Part shown: positions 28,646 through 38,790 of the stretch, piece by piece
How positions within the stretch are numbered: the stretch's first letter is position 1
Layout: each line of letters opens with the position of its first letter
Notes under the pieces: generated by a model
The model's database searches: none
The model's input: the letters and a program-made list of their open reading frames with translations, nothing else
Told to the model about the DNA's origin: nothing
Program-made: the position numbers and the translations under genes
Source: an uncultured Actinomycetota bacterium
Lineage (GTDB): Bacteria > Actinomycetota > Actinomycetes > JAHEKZ01
NCBI GenBank assembly: GCA_963726755.1
Contig: CAVSDB010000001.1
Location: forward strand, 1,221,668 to 1,285,667
Reading direction: 5' to 3'
Length of the DNA stretch: 64,000 nucleotides

Positions 28646-29141
28646 CTAGCGACTCGCGTCGATCAGATCGCGAATCCGCTGGTGTTCGTGCTGCCAACTG
28701 CCCCAGACGCTCTCCGCCCAGACGTGCGCCCGCGCGGTGTAGTCGTCGAGATTCTTGCTGTTCAGCATGGACTCGACCGTGAGCGTTGCCGGTGGGTTCG
28801 GAGGACTCAGCACCGGGAAGTCCGCAAACGTCTTGGTCAGCTGGCTGGAGTGCCAGGTCGACCGACTGGGCATCCAAGCCAAGTTCGAGAACGACGAATA
28901 GCGACGCTAGGTGGAAGGCGACGGACTGTCGGTCCCTGCGATCTGTGCCGGGGCCAGGATGTTGCGCGCAGTAGGTATCGACCACCAACCGATGGGACGG
29001 CGGGTAGGCGTAGTTCTGCAGTTCTTCGGCCTGAACTCGACCGAACAACTCCCAGCAACCGGGTATCGCCGGCAAGTACGCGTGTCTAGGGCCGTCGATA
29101 TCCGGCACCATCGCACCGCAAGGCGGACATCGGACAAACAC
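28646..29141 (-). pseudogene. DUF5946-like protein, frame-disrupted around 28840-28880
   Basis: The N-terminal part is (V)FVRCPPCGAMVPDIDGPRHAYLPAIPGCWELFGRV...VVDTYCAQHPG...SVAFHLASLFVVLELG (tail of ORF 28482..29180). It continues only in ORF 28646..28882 (...LTKTFADFPVLSPPNPPATLTV...AHVWAESVWGSWQHEHQRIRDLI). The family name is from memory. Confidence 0.5.
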
Positions 29142-29176
29142 CAAAGGGGCCCCGGCCGAAGCTGGGACCCCTTTGG
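29141..29176 (-). terminator. Intrinsic terminator downstream of csp
   Basis: The minus strand reads CCAAAGGGGTCCC-loop-GGGGCCCCTTTGG followed by TGTTTGT, 22 nt after the csp stop. Confidence 0.6.
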
Positions 29177-29197
29177 GCAAGTCTGGAAAGTCGAACC

Positions 29198-29401
29198 CTA
29201 GAGCGGGCGGACGTTCTCCGCCTGCGGACCCTTGGGGCCCTGAGTGATTTCGAACTCGACACGCTGGTTCTCGTCGAGCGTGCGGTAGCCCTCGGTGGCA
29301 ATCGCTGAGAAGTGAACGAAAACGTCGGCTCCGCCGCCGTCCTGCTCAATGAAGCCGAAACCCTTTTCAGCGTTGAACCACTTGACGCTGCCCTGTGCCA
29401 T
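29198..29401 (-). CDS. cspA: Cold-shock protein (CspA family)
   Basis: [34 protein letters not shown] contains the RNP1/RNP2 motifs. 67 aa. About 200 nt of untranslated leader lies upstream. Confidence 0.95.
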   Translation of the reverse strand: MAQGSVKWFNAEKGFGFIEQDGGGADVFVHFSAIATEGYRTLDENQRVEFEITQGPKGPQAENVRPL

Positions 29402-29608
29402 GAATCTCTCCTGTTGTGCTAACTGGTGTCTGCACCGTGCAGACACCGCGGCTGCGGCCGCCCAACCCAAGAGGGATAAGGCCCGGACATGCAAGACGCC
29501 CACGAGTCACTCCGCGGGCGTTTTGAAAACGTTCGAGGAAATGCAACTGCAACCACGAGGACGGTACCACGCGAGGGTCGATGTGTCCCGTAGCCGCAGG
29601 TCAGCGGG

Positions 29609-31283
29609 TCACGTATCGAAGGGCCGGATCCGAACCGGACCTGGATTCACTATGCCTTCGCCCTCCTGGTCAACCCTGACTTCGACCGTCCCGAACTCGG
29701 TTGGGGCATAGAAAACGCTGCCGGGCCGCTCATCCCACTGCCTAGGCCCAAGGCGCGCGGTCGGGTCGATCTCAGCCAACGCTTGCCCAGCTGCAGCGAG
29801 CACTTCGGGTGAGGCGTCGGGAACAGATCGCCAGTTCATCGACTGAATGGGCTCCCCTGGTTCTGGGCCGATCAGGACCTCACAGCGCACCCGGCCAGGC
29901 TCGTCGCCGACCAGCCACCAGATGCGATGACCTGGCGCCAGTGAGACCGGTTCGGTGTCGGGATCCATGCGCAATGGGCCATGGCGCGCACGCGTCCGTA
30001 GAGCCTCGGCACGCCGCAACTCCCACGGTTCGTCTTGGGGCACATTGGATGCGAACCCCTCAGGAATTAGGGCGTCATCCCAATCATTGAGGAGAGACGT
30101 CACAACGCTCGTAGCGGTTTCGAGGGCACCCTCTAGAACTGTCGAGCCGACGAGAGACCGTTTCGACGGTGCCGACAAGTGTGCCACCAGATCCGCGAGC
30201 GCCGCCGTGGCTACCGTCGACATTCGGGCGTACGTCCGATTGCCCATCGCCACGATGCCTAACCCGCTTGCCGGGTGCCATCGCATGTGCGAGCCGTAGC
30301 CCGGGATAGCCGCCGGAGTGGGCGATCGAGCGTCCCCATGACAACCGCTCCTCCATCAATCCGAAGCCGTAATGCCGTGCCTCTAACGTCGGTTGAATCG
30401 ACTCTTCGTTGGGTAACGCGGCGCCTTCGATGAAACGCTGACCGGTCTGCATCTCTCGAAGCAGTCGACCTGGAAGTTCCGGTGGGGTCGGGTCACCCGA
30501 CTCGGCGGCGAGCATGAGTGACACCCATCGCGCAATGTCCTCGACAGTACTGAGCAAGCCGCCCATCGGTGCAAATGCTCCGCAGTCCGCAATGGGTTCG
30601 CTAGCGAACTTGCTGCCCCTCAACACGTAACCCGTGGCGATGGTTCGTCCAGCGAGTTCGCCTTGGTGATATCCGGAGTTGACGAGCCCGGCAGGCTCGA
30701 GCACTCGCTCACGCACGACGTCGGGGTAACGGTCACCGGTTACTGCCTCGATGACACAACCAAGAATTGCGTAGCCAAGATTTGAGTACTCGAAATACCG
30801 ACCGGGAGCCCACTGGGGAGTCAATACCCCGAGCAGTTGCCGAAACTGATCGGCTGCCAACGATTGCTGTCGATCGCCCCAGGGATCGTCGGTCACGAAT
30901 CCGCCGGCCATGGTCAGCAGGTGTCGCACCGTGACCTCGCCGATCCACCCCTCGCGTGCCAACTCAGGAAGGTAAGTCGCCACCGGACGATCGAGCTCAA
31001 GTAGTCCGGATTCTCGGAGAGACAACACGGTCGCGGCGGTGAAGCTCTTGGTCATCGATGCGATCGAAAAGACGGTCTGGGCGTCGGGAGCCTGCGCGCC
31101 TTGAGCTTCCAGGTCGATCGTCCCCAGTCCGTTGGCGTAGACCAATCGCTGGTCTTGCACGACTCCGTAAGCGACGCCAGGAGCGACGCCAGCGGCAAAT
31201 GCCCGTTCAAAATGCGGATCGACGATGCCTGGTAGGTCGAGTTCAGCAGTCACAAGGTCATCTTGCCGGACCCGGTACTTCAC
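29609..31283 (-). pseudogene. Serine hydrolase (class C beta-lactamase/DD-peptidase family), frame-disrupted at about 30300
   Basis: The SxxK motif is SMTKSF. ORF 30084..31283 reads ...IAHSGGYPG then LRLAHAMAPG. ORF 29609..30286 starts MRWHPASGLGIVAMGNRTYA. Removing one C of the CCC at 30300-30302 gives HSGGYPGYGSHMRWHP. Confidence 0.85.
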
Positions 31284-31313
31284 TCCCCAGCGACGCGCGT
31301 CGATGATTGACCG

Positions 31314-32119
31314 GTGAGAAAGTCCCTATCGATGCTCGGCACGCTCCTGTTGGCCGGAAGCCTGGTCGCAACGGCAGCGCCGGTTGGTCAAGCAGCAGGC
31401 GACCGCCCTTACCTGTCCGCCTCTGTTCCGGTCCCCGACGGCTGTATCGTGCTGGGCCGAGCGTGGGCCGGGGTCAAGGTCTTCTTAGTTCAGCGTCGGC
31501 TCGGGACCGGCTTTGAGAATGATCGCTACGGTCCGGCGACCTTCGCCGCGGTGCAGAAGTTTCAACGCAACCATCACTTGGCGGTCACCGGTCGCGTCAA
31601 CCGACCGACCTGGCGTGCGCTCGACCTGCATCACCCGTTCTGCATGGATCGCTTCACCGTGCAGCCGAAAGTCGGAAAGCACGCCGAGACCCATCAGCGG
31701 ATCGAAGCGATGATCACTTGGGCAAAGCTGCAGGTGGGTACCCGCTACGTCTGGGGTGCCGCCGGCTCGATGGGATACGACTGTTCGGGGCTATCGCTAC
31801 AGGCGATGTACGCCGGAGGTCGGGTGCTGCCTACCGGTAAACACCGACCTTCACCAACGCCAAGACTTCGGGACGGCCACGGCCATCTTCGAGTCGGGCT
31901 CTACGTCGAGTTCCGCTCTCGGAACGTAAACGCGGCGATCTGGTCTTTTACGGTCCAGCGGGTTCGATGACGCACATGGCTATCTACTTAGGTCACGATC
32001 GCGTCGTCGAGGCAGTGCGACCGCAGGTCCAGGTCGCGAGCATGTGGGGTCATGGCGTCCCTCTGAAGACCGAGAGTCGCGCGGCCGTTCGGCCGATGAG
32101 ACCGCCCCACAGAACCTGA
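31314..32119 (+). pseudogene. Secreted NlpC/P60 (C40) peptidoglycan hydrolase with a PG-binding domain, two frame disruptions
   Basis: A signal peptide, a PG_binding-like segment (GPATFAAVQKFQRNHHLAVTGRV), and the catalytic Cys in GYDCSGLSLQAMYAGG. The reading continues in frame +1 (VNTDLHQRQDFGTATAIFESG) and then frame +2 (PLSERKRGDLVFYGPAGSMTHMAIYLGHDRVVEAV), with the stop at 32117-32119. Confidence 0.7.
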
Positions 32120-32123
32120 AGCG

Positions 32124-32471
32124 CTAGAGCGGCTCTTCGTACATCAGGGTCTCGACCAGGTGCATGCGCAGTGGCTGAAACCGCATCACGCCAGGTGGCG
32201 CCACCAAGGTGGTCGACAGTTCCTTCATTAACTGGCCGAACGCAGGTGCCGCCCGATGCGCCTCGATGCCGGCCTCTTCGTGGAACCACTCGTGAAGCCA
32301 CACCACTTCTTCTTCATCAGGATCCAACGAGATAACGAAGAACTCGGTAGCTGGCTCACGGTCGAGTCGATCGGCATAGCGGTGGAGCGCATCGAGCACC
32401 GCCGCCCGGCCGCCCGGGTGCGCCTCCAGACGCACCACCATTCCGAACCGGTCGGGCAACAGCCGGGTCAT
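32124..32471 (-). CDS. Antibiotic biosynthesis monooxygenase (ABM)-like protein
   Basis: GMVVRLEAHPGGRAAVLDALHRYADRL...FFVISLDPDEEEVVWLHEWFHEEAGIEAHRAAPAF. The start is ATG 32471; an alternative GTG at 32519 sits directly after the trmH-like stop. Confidence 0.7.
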   Translation of the reverse strand: MTRLLPDRFGMVVRLEAHPGGRAAVLDALHRYADRLDREPATEFFVISLDPDEEEVVWLHEWFHEEAGIEAHRAAPAFGQLMKELSTTLVAPPGVMRFQPLRMHLVETLMYEEPL

Positions 32472-32521
32472 CGGCCCGGACGCTGCAGCCGGTTGGGAAG
32501 CCGGATCCTGGGTGGTCACCG

Positions 32522-33346
32522 TTACATCTTCACATTTTTCGGGATTCCTAACGCGTAACAGGCCACAGCAGTCGCGGCGGCCATATTCAGCGAGTCCACT
32601 CCCTCGGCCATCGGAATCCGCAGCAGCCGGTCTACCCGCTCCATCGCCTGCGGAGTCAATCCCGCGCCTTCGGCCCCCAGTAGCACAGCCACACGAGGTG
32701 GGGCGGCGGCAGCAAAGTCCCCGAGATCCTGGGATCCCCCAGGACTCAGTCCGACCAGTGAAAAGCCGGCTGCGCGTAAGTCGTCGAGCGCAGCTGGCCA
32801 TTCGTCGACCCTGGTCCATGGGACCGAGAAGACCGCACCCATCGACACTCGGACCGAGCGTCGGTAGAGCGGATCGGCGCACGTGGGATCGATGACGACG
32901 GCGTCGAACCCCAGTCCGGCAATCGACCGGAACGCCGAACCGACGTTGGTGTGGTCGACGATGCCCTCGAAGACGGCGATCCGGTTCGCCCCACGCATAA
33001 CGTCCACCAGGGTTGGCAACGGGGATCGCCGCATGGCCGCGAGTGCCCCACGGTGTACGCGATAGCCGGTGACTGATTTCAAGACTGATTCGTCCGCTAC
33101 GTAGATCGGCGCGTCAGTGGCACTCAGCAGTTCTGCGAGGTCGGGCAACCACTTGGGCGACGTCAGTGCCGACTCGACCTCGTGCCCGGCAGCAACAGCT
33201 CGCGCAATCACCTTTGCGCTTTCTGCCATGAACAGACCCCACCGCGGCTCCTGTTGTCGCCGCAGCGCGACGTCCGTCAGATTGCGGTAGTGATCCAACC
33301 GCGGGTCGGACGCATCGGTCACATCGATTCGCTCGCCCATCGTCAC
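32522..33346 (-). CDS. TrmH/SpoU-family RNA 2'-O-methyltransferase
   Basis: SpoU motifs are VFEGIVDHTNVGSAFRS, VLLGAEGAGL and RIPMAEGVDSLNMAAATAVA, with an N-terminal substrate-binding domain. Confidence 0.85.
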   Translation of the reverse strand: MTMGERIDVTDASDPRLDHYRNLTDVALRRQQEPRWGLFMAESAKVIARAVAAGHEVESALTSPKWLPDLAELLSATDAPIYVADESVLKSVTGYRVHRGALAAMRRSPLPTLVDVMRGANRIAVFEGIVDHTNVGSAFRSIAGLGFDAVVIDPTCADPLYRRSVRVSMGAVFSVPWTRVDEWPAALDDLRAAGFSLVGLSPGGSQDLGDFAAAAPPRVAVLLGAEGAGLTPQAMERVDRLLRIPMAEGVDSLNMAAATAVACYALGIPKNVKM

Positions 33347-34095
33347 GAACCCACGAGGACGACGATGGCGATAAGTCCGACGACGACGATCAGCCCTCGT
33401 AACAATGCTTGCGGAATCCGTCGACCGTAGTGAGCACCTAGAAACCCGCCCGCTGTCGAACTGACCAGGATCAACAGTGCTACCTGCCAGTCGACCGGTG
33501 CGACGAACACAAAGACCACTGCTGCCACGGCATTCACCAACGCAGCGAGCACGTTCTTGACGGCGTTGACGCGTTGCAGATGCTGATCAACCAAGGTGGC
33601 GAGAATGGCGATCAGGATGACACCTTGCGCAGCGCCGAAGTACCCCCCGTAGACCCCGGTCAGGTAGACCGCAACCAACGTCATCGGCCCACCATGACCC
33701 TGCACGCTGTGCGGTGTCTCCAGACGTCTCGACATAGCGGGCTGAATGACCACCAGCACGACGCCGAACAGGATCAGTACCGGAACTATTGCGTCGAAGG
33801 CCGAACTCGGCAGGACCAAAAGGAGTGCCGCCCCGGTGATCCCACCGAGTAGCGATGCTGGCGCCAGCCGAAATACCCGGTCGCGCTGCTCCCGGACCTC
33901 GGTGCGGTAGCCCACGCTGCTTGCCACCGACCCAGCAAACAGCCCCACCGTGTTCGACACGTTGGCGGTCAACGGGGCGAACCCCAGGGTCACCAGGGTC
34001 GAGAAGGTCACCAGCGTCCCGGCTCCCACGACCGCGTTGACGCCTCCGGCCACCAGGCCAGCCGCTAGGACGGCCAGGATCTCCCAGGGGGTCAC
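33343..34095 (-). CDS. Sulfite exporter TauE/SafE family membrane protein
   Basis: GGVNAVVGAGTLVTFSTL and YGGYFGAAQGVILIAIL are the two repeat halves. The GTG start at 34095 is chosen because the longer ORF (to 34320) would overlap the divergent gene. Confidence 0.8.
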   Translation of the reverse strand: MTPWEILAVLAAGLVAGGVNAVVGAGTLVTFSTLVTLGFAPLTANVSNTVGLFAGSVASSVGYRTEVREQRDRVFRLAPASLLGGITGAALLLVLPSSAFDAIVPVLILFGVVLVVIQPAMSRRLETPHSVQGHGGPMTLVAVYLTGVYGGYFGAAQGVILIAILATLVDQHLQRVNAVKNVLAALVNAVAAVVFVFVAPVDWQVALLILVSSTAGGFLGAHYGRRIPQALLRGLIVVVGLIAIVVLVGS

Positions 34096-34195
34096 CTGAC
34101 GACACCGGTCATGAGCACGGTCAGACGATGCCAGACGCCAGGACGCCTGCTCGTGGCGGATCAAGGGATCCCACTCCCCCGCCGAAGATTCCAGG

Positions 34196-35335
34196 ATGGG
34201 ACGAAACGGACCAGGCACGGGGTTAGTGGCGAGGCAGCCGCTATGGGTCCGCGGGCTCGTCGGCTTGCTCGTCACTGGCTGCCTGATCTCACTGACGTCC
34301 GGGCTGGCCTCGGCTGACACTGCCGCCGAGGTCCAAGCGAAGGCGGACCAGGCGGCAGCCCAGATAAGAGCGATGCAGGACGACGTCGCTCGGGCTCGAC
34401 ACGACTACCAGGTGGCGCTGCGTGGACTGGGTGGATCGGTGGTTGCGGCGACCAACGCCGAACGCCACGCGGACTACGTCGCCGCGCAGGCACGGCTGGC
34501 CGCATCGCATCGGACGCAGGCGTTGCGGGCACTCGCGCAGTCCGGCGGCAACTTGGGACTGATCGACACGGTGCTGACCGCCGACTCGCCAAGCGAAATG
34601 GCAGCCAAGTGGCAGTTGGGTCAACAGGTACTAGCGATCTTGTCGGACCAATCGCAGACCGTCGAGGCTGCGTCGAACCGCTCTGACATCAAAGCCGTGA
34701 AGGCGTCCGATCGCGCAGACCAAGCCGTAGCTACCGCGTCACAGGTGCAGGCGGCTTACGACCATCTGCAATCGCTCATGGATCAACAGCAAGCGATCCT
34801 CGATCAACTTGACGCGCGAGCCCAAAAACTCGCCAAAGCCGAGCGCGCGGCGCAACGTTTGGCGGCCGAGCGCGCAGCAGCCGCTGCGGCCGCGAGCAAC
34901 AGTGCCTCTCATGCCACGGCTGGTGGCATCCCCAAGAACTTCCTCGTGCTCTACCAAGGAGCCGCGACGACTTGCCACGGAATGTCGTGGCCAGTGTTGG
35001 CTGCCATCGGCCAAGTAGAAAGTGGTCACGGCAGCAACAACGGACCGTCCTCGTCTGGCGCTGAGGGGCCGATGCAGTTCCTGCCGAGCACCTTCGCCGC
35101 GTACGCCGTGGACGGAGACGGGGATGGCGACAAGGACATCTGGGATCCAGCTGACTCGATCTACAGCGCCGCTAACTACCTCTGCGCGAACGGCGCTGGC
35201 AATGGTCCGCGCGGGTTGTACAACGCACTCTGGAACTACAACCACGCAGACTGGTACGTACAGATGGTTGCCTCAATTGCCGCGCAGATCGCGCGACGCT
35301 TCGGCGAACCGGTCCCGATCGCTGAAGCCGGCTAG
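34196..35335 (+). CDS. Secreted coiled-coil protein with a C-terminal lytic transglycosylase (SLT-like) domain
   Basis: A signal/anchor segment, a long Ala/Gln-rich coiled coil, then VLAAIGQVESGHGSNNG...GPMQFLPSTFAAYAVDGDGDG...SAANYL. Confidence 0.75.
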   Translation: MGRNGPGTGLVARQPLWVRGLVGLLVTGCLISLTSGLASADTAAEVQAKADQAAAQIRAMQDDVARARHDYQVALRGLGGSVVAATNAERHADYVAAQARLAASHRTQALRALAQSGGNLGLIDTVLTADSPSEMAAKWQLGQQVLAILSDQSQTVEAASNRSDIKAVKASDRADQAVATASQVQAAYDHLQSLMDQQQAILDQLDARAQKLAKAERAAQRLAAERAAAAAAASNSASHATAGGIPKNFLVLYQGAATTCHGMSWPVLAAIGQVESGHGSNNGPSSSGAEGPMQFLPSTFAAYAVDGDGDGDKDIWDPADSIYSAANYLCANGAGNGPRGLYNALWNYNHADWYVQMVASIAAQIARRFGEPVPIAEAG

Positions 35336-36228
35336 CTCGAGCCTTCCGAATCCGTCCCGCTGAACGCCTGAGAGAACCGGCCCAACGCCGCACTGACCTC
35401 GGCGGGCAGGAACCACATGGTGTTTGACGGGCTCTTGGCGATCTCGGGCAACGCCTGCAGGTACTGGTAGGCCAGCAACTTCGGGTCGGGGTCGCCTTCG
35501 TGGATCGCAGTGAAGACGGTGTTGATTGCGCTCGCTTCACCTTCGGCACGCACGACGGCTGCTCGCGCATCACCCTCGGCTTGCAAAATCGCAGACTGCT
35601 TCGCTCCCTCGGCGGTCAGAATCGCCGACTGACGTACGCCCTCGGCGGTCAGGATCGTCGCGCGCTTCTCACGCTCGGCGCGCATCTGCATTTCCATCGC
35701 CTGCTGTACTGACGCGGGCGGGTCGATGGCCTTGATCTCGACTCGGTTGACCCGGATTCCCCACTTGCCTGTGGCTTCGTCGAGGACTCCGCGCAATCCC
35801 ATGTTGATGTCTTCGCGCGACGTCAACGTGCGCTCGAGGTCCATGCCACCCGCGACGTTACGCAGCGTCGTAATCGTCAGCTGCTCGATCGCCTGGATGT
35901 AGTTGGCGATTTCGTAAGTCGCGGACTTCGGCTCAGTCACCTGGAAGTAGATAACCGAGTCGATGCTGACGACCAGGTTGTCGGCAGTGATGACTGGCTG
36001 CGGCGGGAACGAGACCACCTGCTCGCGCATGTCGATCAGTGGCCGAACTCGATCGACAAACGGAAGGACCAGGGCCAACCCGGCATCCAGCGTTCGGTGA
36101 TAGCGACCTAGGCGCTCGACGATCCCGGCACTTGCCTGCGGAATGATTCGAACTGCTCGAGCAATGACGATCAGCACGAACAGAATGACGATCCCGATGA
36201 CGACGTATGACACTTGGGCGTTACTCAC
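35332..36228 (-). CDS. SPFH/Band 7 (stomatin-like) protein
   Basis: An N-terminal TM helix, the SPFH core (IVERLGRYHRTL..GL..LPFVD...IDMREQ), and C-terminal AEG repeats. Confidence 0.9.
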   Translation of the reverse strand: MSNAQVSYVVIGIVILFVLIVIARAVRIIPQASAGIVERLGRYHRTLDAGLALVLPFVDRVRPLIDMREQVVSFPPQPVITADNLVVSIDSVIYFQVTEPKSATYEIANYIQAIEQLTITTLRNVAGGMDLERTLTSREDINMGLRGVLDEATGKWGIRVNRVEIKAIDPPASVQQAMEMQMRAEREKRATILTAEGVRQSAILTAEGAKQSAILQAEGDARAAVVRAEGEASAINTVFTAIHEGDPDPKLLAYQYLQALPEIAKSPSNTMWFLPAEVSAALGRFSQAFSGTDSEGSS

Positions 36229-36240
36229 GAGGTCTCCACG

Positions 36241-36675
36241 TTATTCGGGTCGGCGCTCCACTACCGCAGTAGCACCGTCAATCCGGATGACAACTACGTC
36301 CGAGCCTGGGTCGAACGAGACAGTCGCATCAGTCGTGCGCGCAGACCATACTTCGCCACCGACCTTGACTCGGCCCTCTCGCCGGTCGACACGCTCAAGG
36401 ACTACCGCCGAGTGCCCGAGTAGCGCGTGGACGTTCGTCCTGGACGGCTCGTCGCTGTGCAGGTGACGCAGCATCGCGGGCCGCAGCAGGAAGAGCGTGA
36501 GGAAGGCGACCACCACGGCGACCAGGACCTGACCGATGAGCGGAACGTCGAGTGCGGCGGCCAGTGCCCCGGCACCTGCCCCGACCGCAAAACTGGCGAA
36601 GACCAAGTCGAGGGTGAGCACTTCGACGCCAAGCAGAATCAGTGCAATGACTACCCAAATCAGCCACGCGCTCAT
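36241..36675 (-). CDS. NfeD-family membrane protein
   Basis: Three TM helices plus a C-terminal OB-fold (GRVKVGGEVWSARTTD). It lies directly upstream of the SPFH gene, the classic NfeD-stomatin pair. Confidence 0.85.
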   Translation of the reverse strand: MSAWLIWVVIALILLGVEVLTLDLVFASFAVGAGAGALAAALDVPLIGQVLVAVVVAFLTLFLLRPAMLRHLHSDEPSRTNVHALLGHSAVVLERVDRREGRVKVGGEVWSARTTDATVSFDPGSDVVVIRIDGATAVVERRPE

Positions 36676-36684
36676 GGCCGAAGT

Positions 36685-36931
36685 CTAGTCGCCAGTTTGC
36701 TCTGGCGCCGGGCACATTTCCCGAACCTGCTCCACCAGGGTGACGACGCCCGTCCCTGTCGGCACCCGCCGCTCCCGCGGCGTACCCGACGAGGAAGACA
36801 CTCAGCGGTGCCGCCTTACGCTCCACGCCGTGCGCGACATCGCGCGTTAGACCCAGCAAAACGTTGCGATCCATCACGTCACGATCAACGCCCAACGCGT
36901 CGGCTACCTCGTCTAGCCAGTCAGTGCTCAT
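36685..36931 (-). pseudogene. DUF6457-like small protein, frame-disrupted at about 36750
   Basis: MSTDWLDEVADALGVDRDVMDRNVLLGLTRDVAHGVERKAAPLSVFLVGYAAGAAGADRDG continues as VVTLVEQVREMCPAPEQTGD* only if one C of the CCC at 36749-36751 is removed. That stop lies 9 nt before the NfeD start. Confidence 0.55.
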
Positions 36932-36940
36932 TGACCATCC

Positions 36941-37534
36941 TCAGCTTTCCTTCATCAACTTGGTTACGTAGGTCAGGTCCTCAGGAGTATCGATGTCTTG
37001 CAAACGCTCTTCGTCGACGATCAGTCGCTGCAACGCCAGCGAGTTCATCACCGGCCACAGCGCTGCGTTGTCGACCGATTCGGGCAGCGCGGCGAGCAAC
37101 GCCGTTCGGCTGACACAGTTGGGGATCGGTGGTTCAGTTCCCGCCGATGTTCGGACTCCAGCACCGGCTCCCCCCAAACCCACCGACTGCTCGGCTGCTT
37201 CGACCAGCGATGAAATGACAGGTCCGAGCAACGGGGTGTCGCAAGCGACGATGGCGACCAGGTCAGTGCCCAAGAATCCAAGCGCCGTAGCTACCGCGCT
37301 CAACGGCCCGCCCCCGACAGGAGATTCTCGACACCAGGTGACGGCCCTGCTTACCGGGCGTTCCGGTCCAACGACCACGATGTCGCAATCCTCCGGAAGC
37401 CCGGAGATCACGTGCTCCAACAACGACCGCCCGTTGACCTCAAGAGCCGCCTTGTCCACGCCGCCGAGGCGTCGGCCGAACCCACCGGCGAGAACGATCA
37501 CACCGAGCGTGAGTTCCTTCGTCGTCAGGGACAC
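36941..37534 (-). CDS. mobA: Molybdenum cofactor guanylyltransferase (MobA-like)
   Basis: GVIVLAGGFGRRLGGVDKAALEVNGRSLLEH and VACDTPLL. Confidence 0.8.
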   Translation of the reverse strand: MSLTTKELTLGVIVLAGGFGRRLGGVDKAALEVNGRSLLEHVISGLPEDCDIVVVGPERPVSRAVTWCRESPVGGGPLSAVATALGFLGTDLVAIVACDTPLLGPVISSLVEAAEQSVGLGGAGAGVRTSAGTEPPIPNCVSRTALLAALPESVDNAALWPVMNSLALQRLIVDEERLQDIDTPEDLTYVTKLMKES

Positions 37535-37592
37535 ACCGCCACGGTAACCACATAGTCGATGGTCCAGGCGCGTCGGCGGCTACCGTCGAGGT

Positions 37593-38780
37593 ATGTCCGA
37601 GGCGCAACTGAACGCTCCGTGGCCGGTCGCGCGAAAACTTGCGTACGACCTTGGCGACGAATTGCCGACGCAGCAGGTCCCGATCGACCACGCGCTTGGG
37701 CTGGCCTTGGCATCGCCGCTTTCGGCGTTGTCCGATCTCCCTGCGTTCGACACCGTGAGCATGGACGGCTGGGCCGTCAGCGATGCCACCGGACCATGGG
37801 AACTCACCGGCTTGATGATTCTGGCCGGGTCGTCGTCAGACCTGGTGAACCCGGGCACCGCCGTCCCTATCGCGACCGGTGCCGCCCTGCCGCGGGGCGC
37901 GATCGCGGTCTTACGTCGCGAGGACGGCGAACTGCACGGGCACCGGCTCTCCCTTCGTACGGGATTGAAGCCGCTCGCGGAGGGTAAGGACGTTCGCCGC
38001 CAAGCCGAAGAAGCTCACCTCGGGACCGAAGTGCTCAGCTCGGGTATCACGTTGACGCCACCGATGTTGGGCCTTGCCGCCGCCGCGGGTCACGACGCCC
38101 TCATCGTTCGACGTGCCCCGACAGTGGACGTGTTCATCATGGGTGATGAGTTGCTGTCTGCCGGACCTTCCGGCGGTGGACGCCTGCGCGATTCGTTGCG
38201 CCCTCAGGTCGTGGGGTGGCTGGCCGCCGTCGGCGCCGAACCGGGACGCGTCGCCCTGCTTCCGGACGACGTCGACGAGACGGTTGCTGCGATCGCAGCG
38301 TCGAAGGCAGACCTCGTCATCACGACGGGCGGTACCGCGCGCGGTCCGGTCGACCAACTGCACCCGGCGCTGGATCACGTGAACGCAGAGTTGGTTCTCG
38401 ATCAGGTGGCGGTACGTCCCGGACATCCGATGGCGCTGGCTGTTCTACCCGCTGGTCGACCACTCGCTGGCTTGCCGGGAAACCCCCTGGCCGCCGCGGT
38501 GGGATTCGTCACGCTCGCCTGGCCGGTGATCGCCCGACTTCGCGGCTTGCCGCTACCGAGGATGTCGACCGCGAAAGTGCTGGGTTCGATTAGCGCACCA
38601 CCCGATGCGCATCGACTCCTACCCTCAGCCTTCGTAAGCGATGGCGTCCGGCCGTTGATGCACCACGGGCCGGCGATGCTCAGCGGCCTAGCCGCCGCGG
38701 ACTGTCTGGCCATCGCACCGCCCGGTGGTGTGTCCACTGGCGACGTGGTCGACGTCCTTCGACTCCCCTGGGCTCGCTAG
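37593..38780 (+). CDS. moeA: Molybdopterin molybdenumtransferase (MoeA family)
   Basis: LPAFDTVSMDGWAV, ITTGGTARGPVD, and VAVRPGHPMALA...GLPGNPLAA. Confidence 0.85.
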   Translation: MSEAQLNAPWPVARKLAYDLGDELPTQQVPIDHALGLALASPLSALSDLPAFDTVSMDGWAVSDATGPWELTGLMILAGSSSDLVNPGTAVPIATGAALPRGAIAVLRREDGELHGHRLSLRTGLKPLAEGKDVRRQAEEAHLGTEVLSSGITLTPPMLGLAAAAGHDALIVRRAPTVDVFIMGDELLSAGPSGGGRLRDSLRPQVVGWLAAVGAEPGRVALLPDDVDETVAAIAASKADLVITTGGTARGPVDQLHPALDHVNAELVLDQVAVRPGHPMALAVLPAGRPLAGLPGNPLAAAVGFVTLAWPVIARLRGLPLPRMSTAKVLGSISAPPDAHRLLPSAFVSDGVRPLMHHGPAMLSGLAAADCLAIAPPGGVSTGDVVDVLRLPWAR

Positions 38781-38790
38781 TCGCCAGCGC

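Noticed and set aside
29402-29608. The roughly 200-nt region upstream of cspA as a novel ncRNA.
   Set aside because: Long structured 5' leaders are a known property of cold-shock protein mRNAs. Nothing in the sequence suggests an independent gene.
31284-34195. A cyclic-di-AMP (ydaO-type) riboswitch upstream of the cell-wall hydrolase genes (NlpC/P60 at 31314, transglycosylase at 34196).
   Set aside because: The NlpC/P60 leader is only about 30 nt. In the roughly 100-nt region before 34196 I could not recognise the conserved ydaO sequence blocks. This needs a covariance-model scan to exclude formally.
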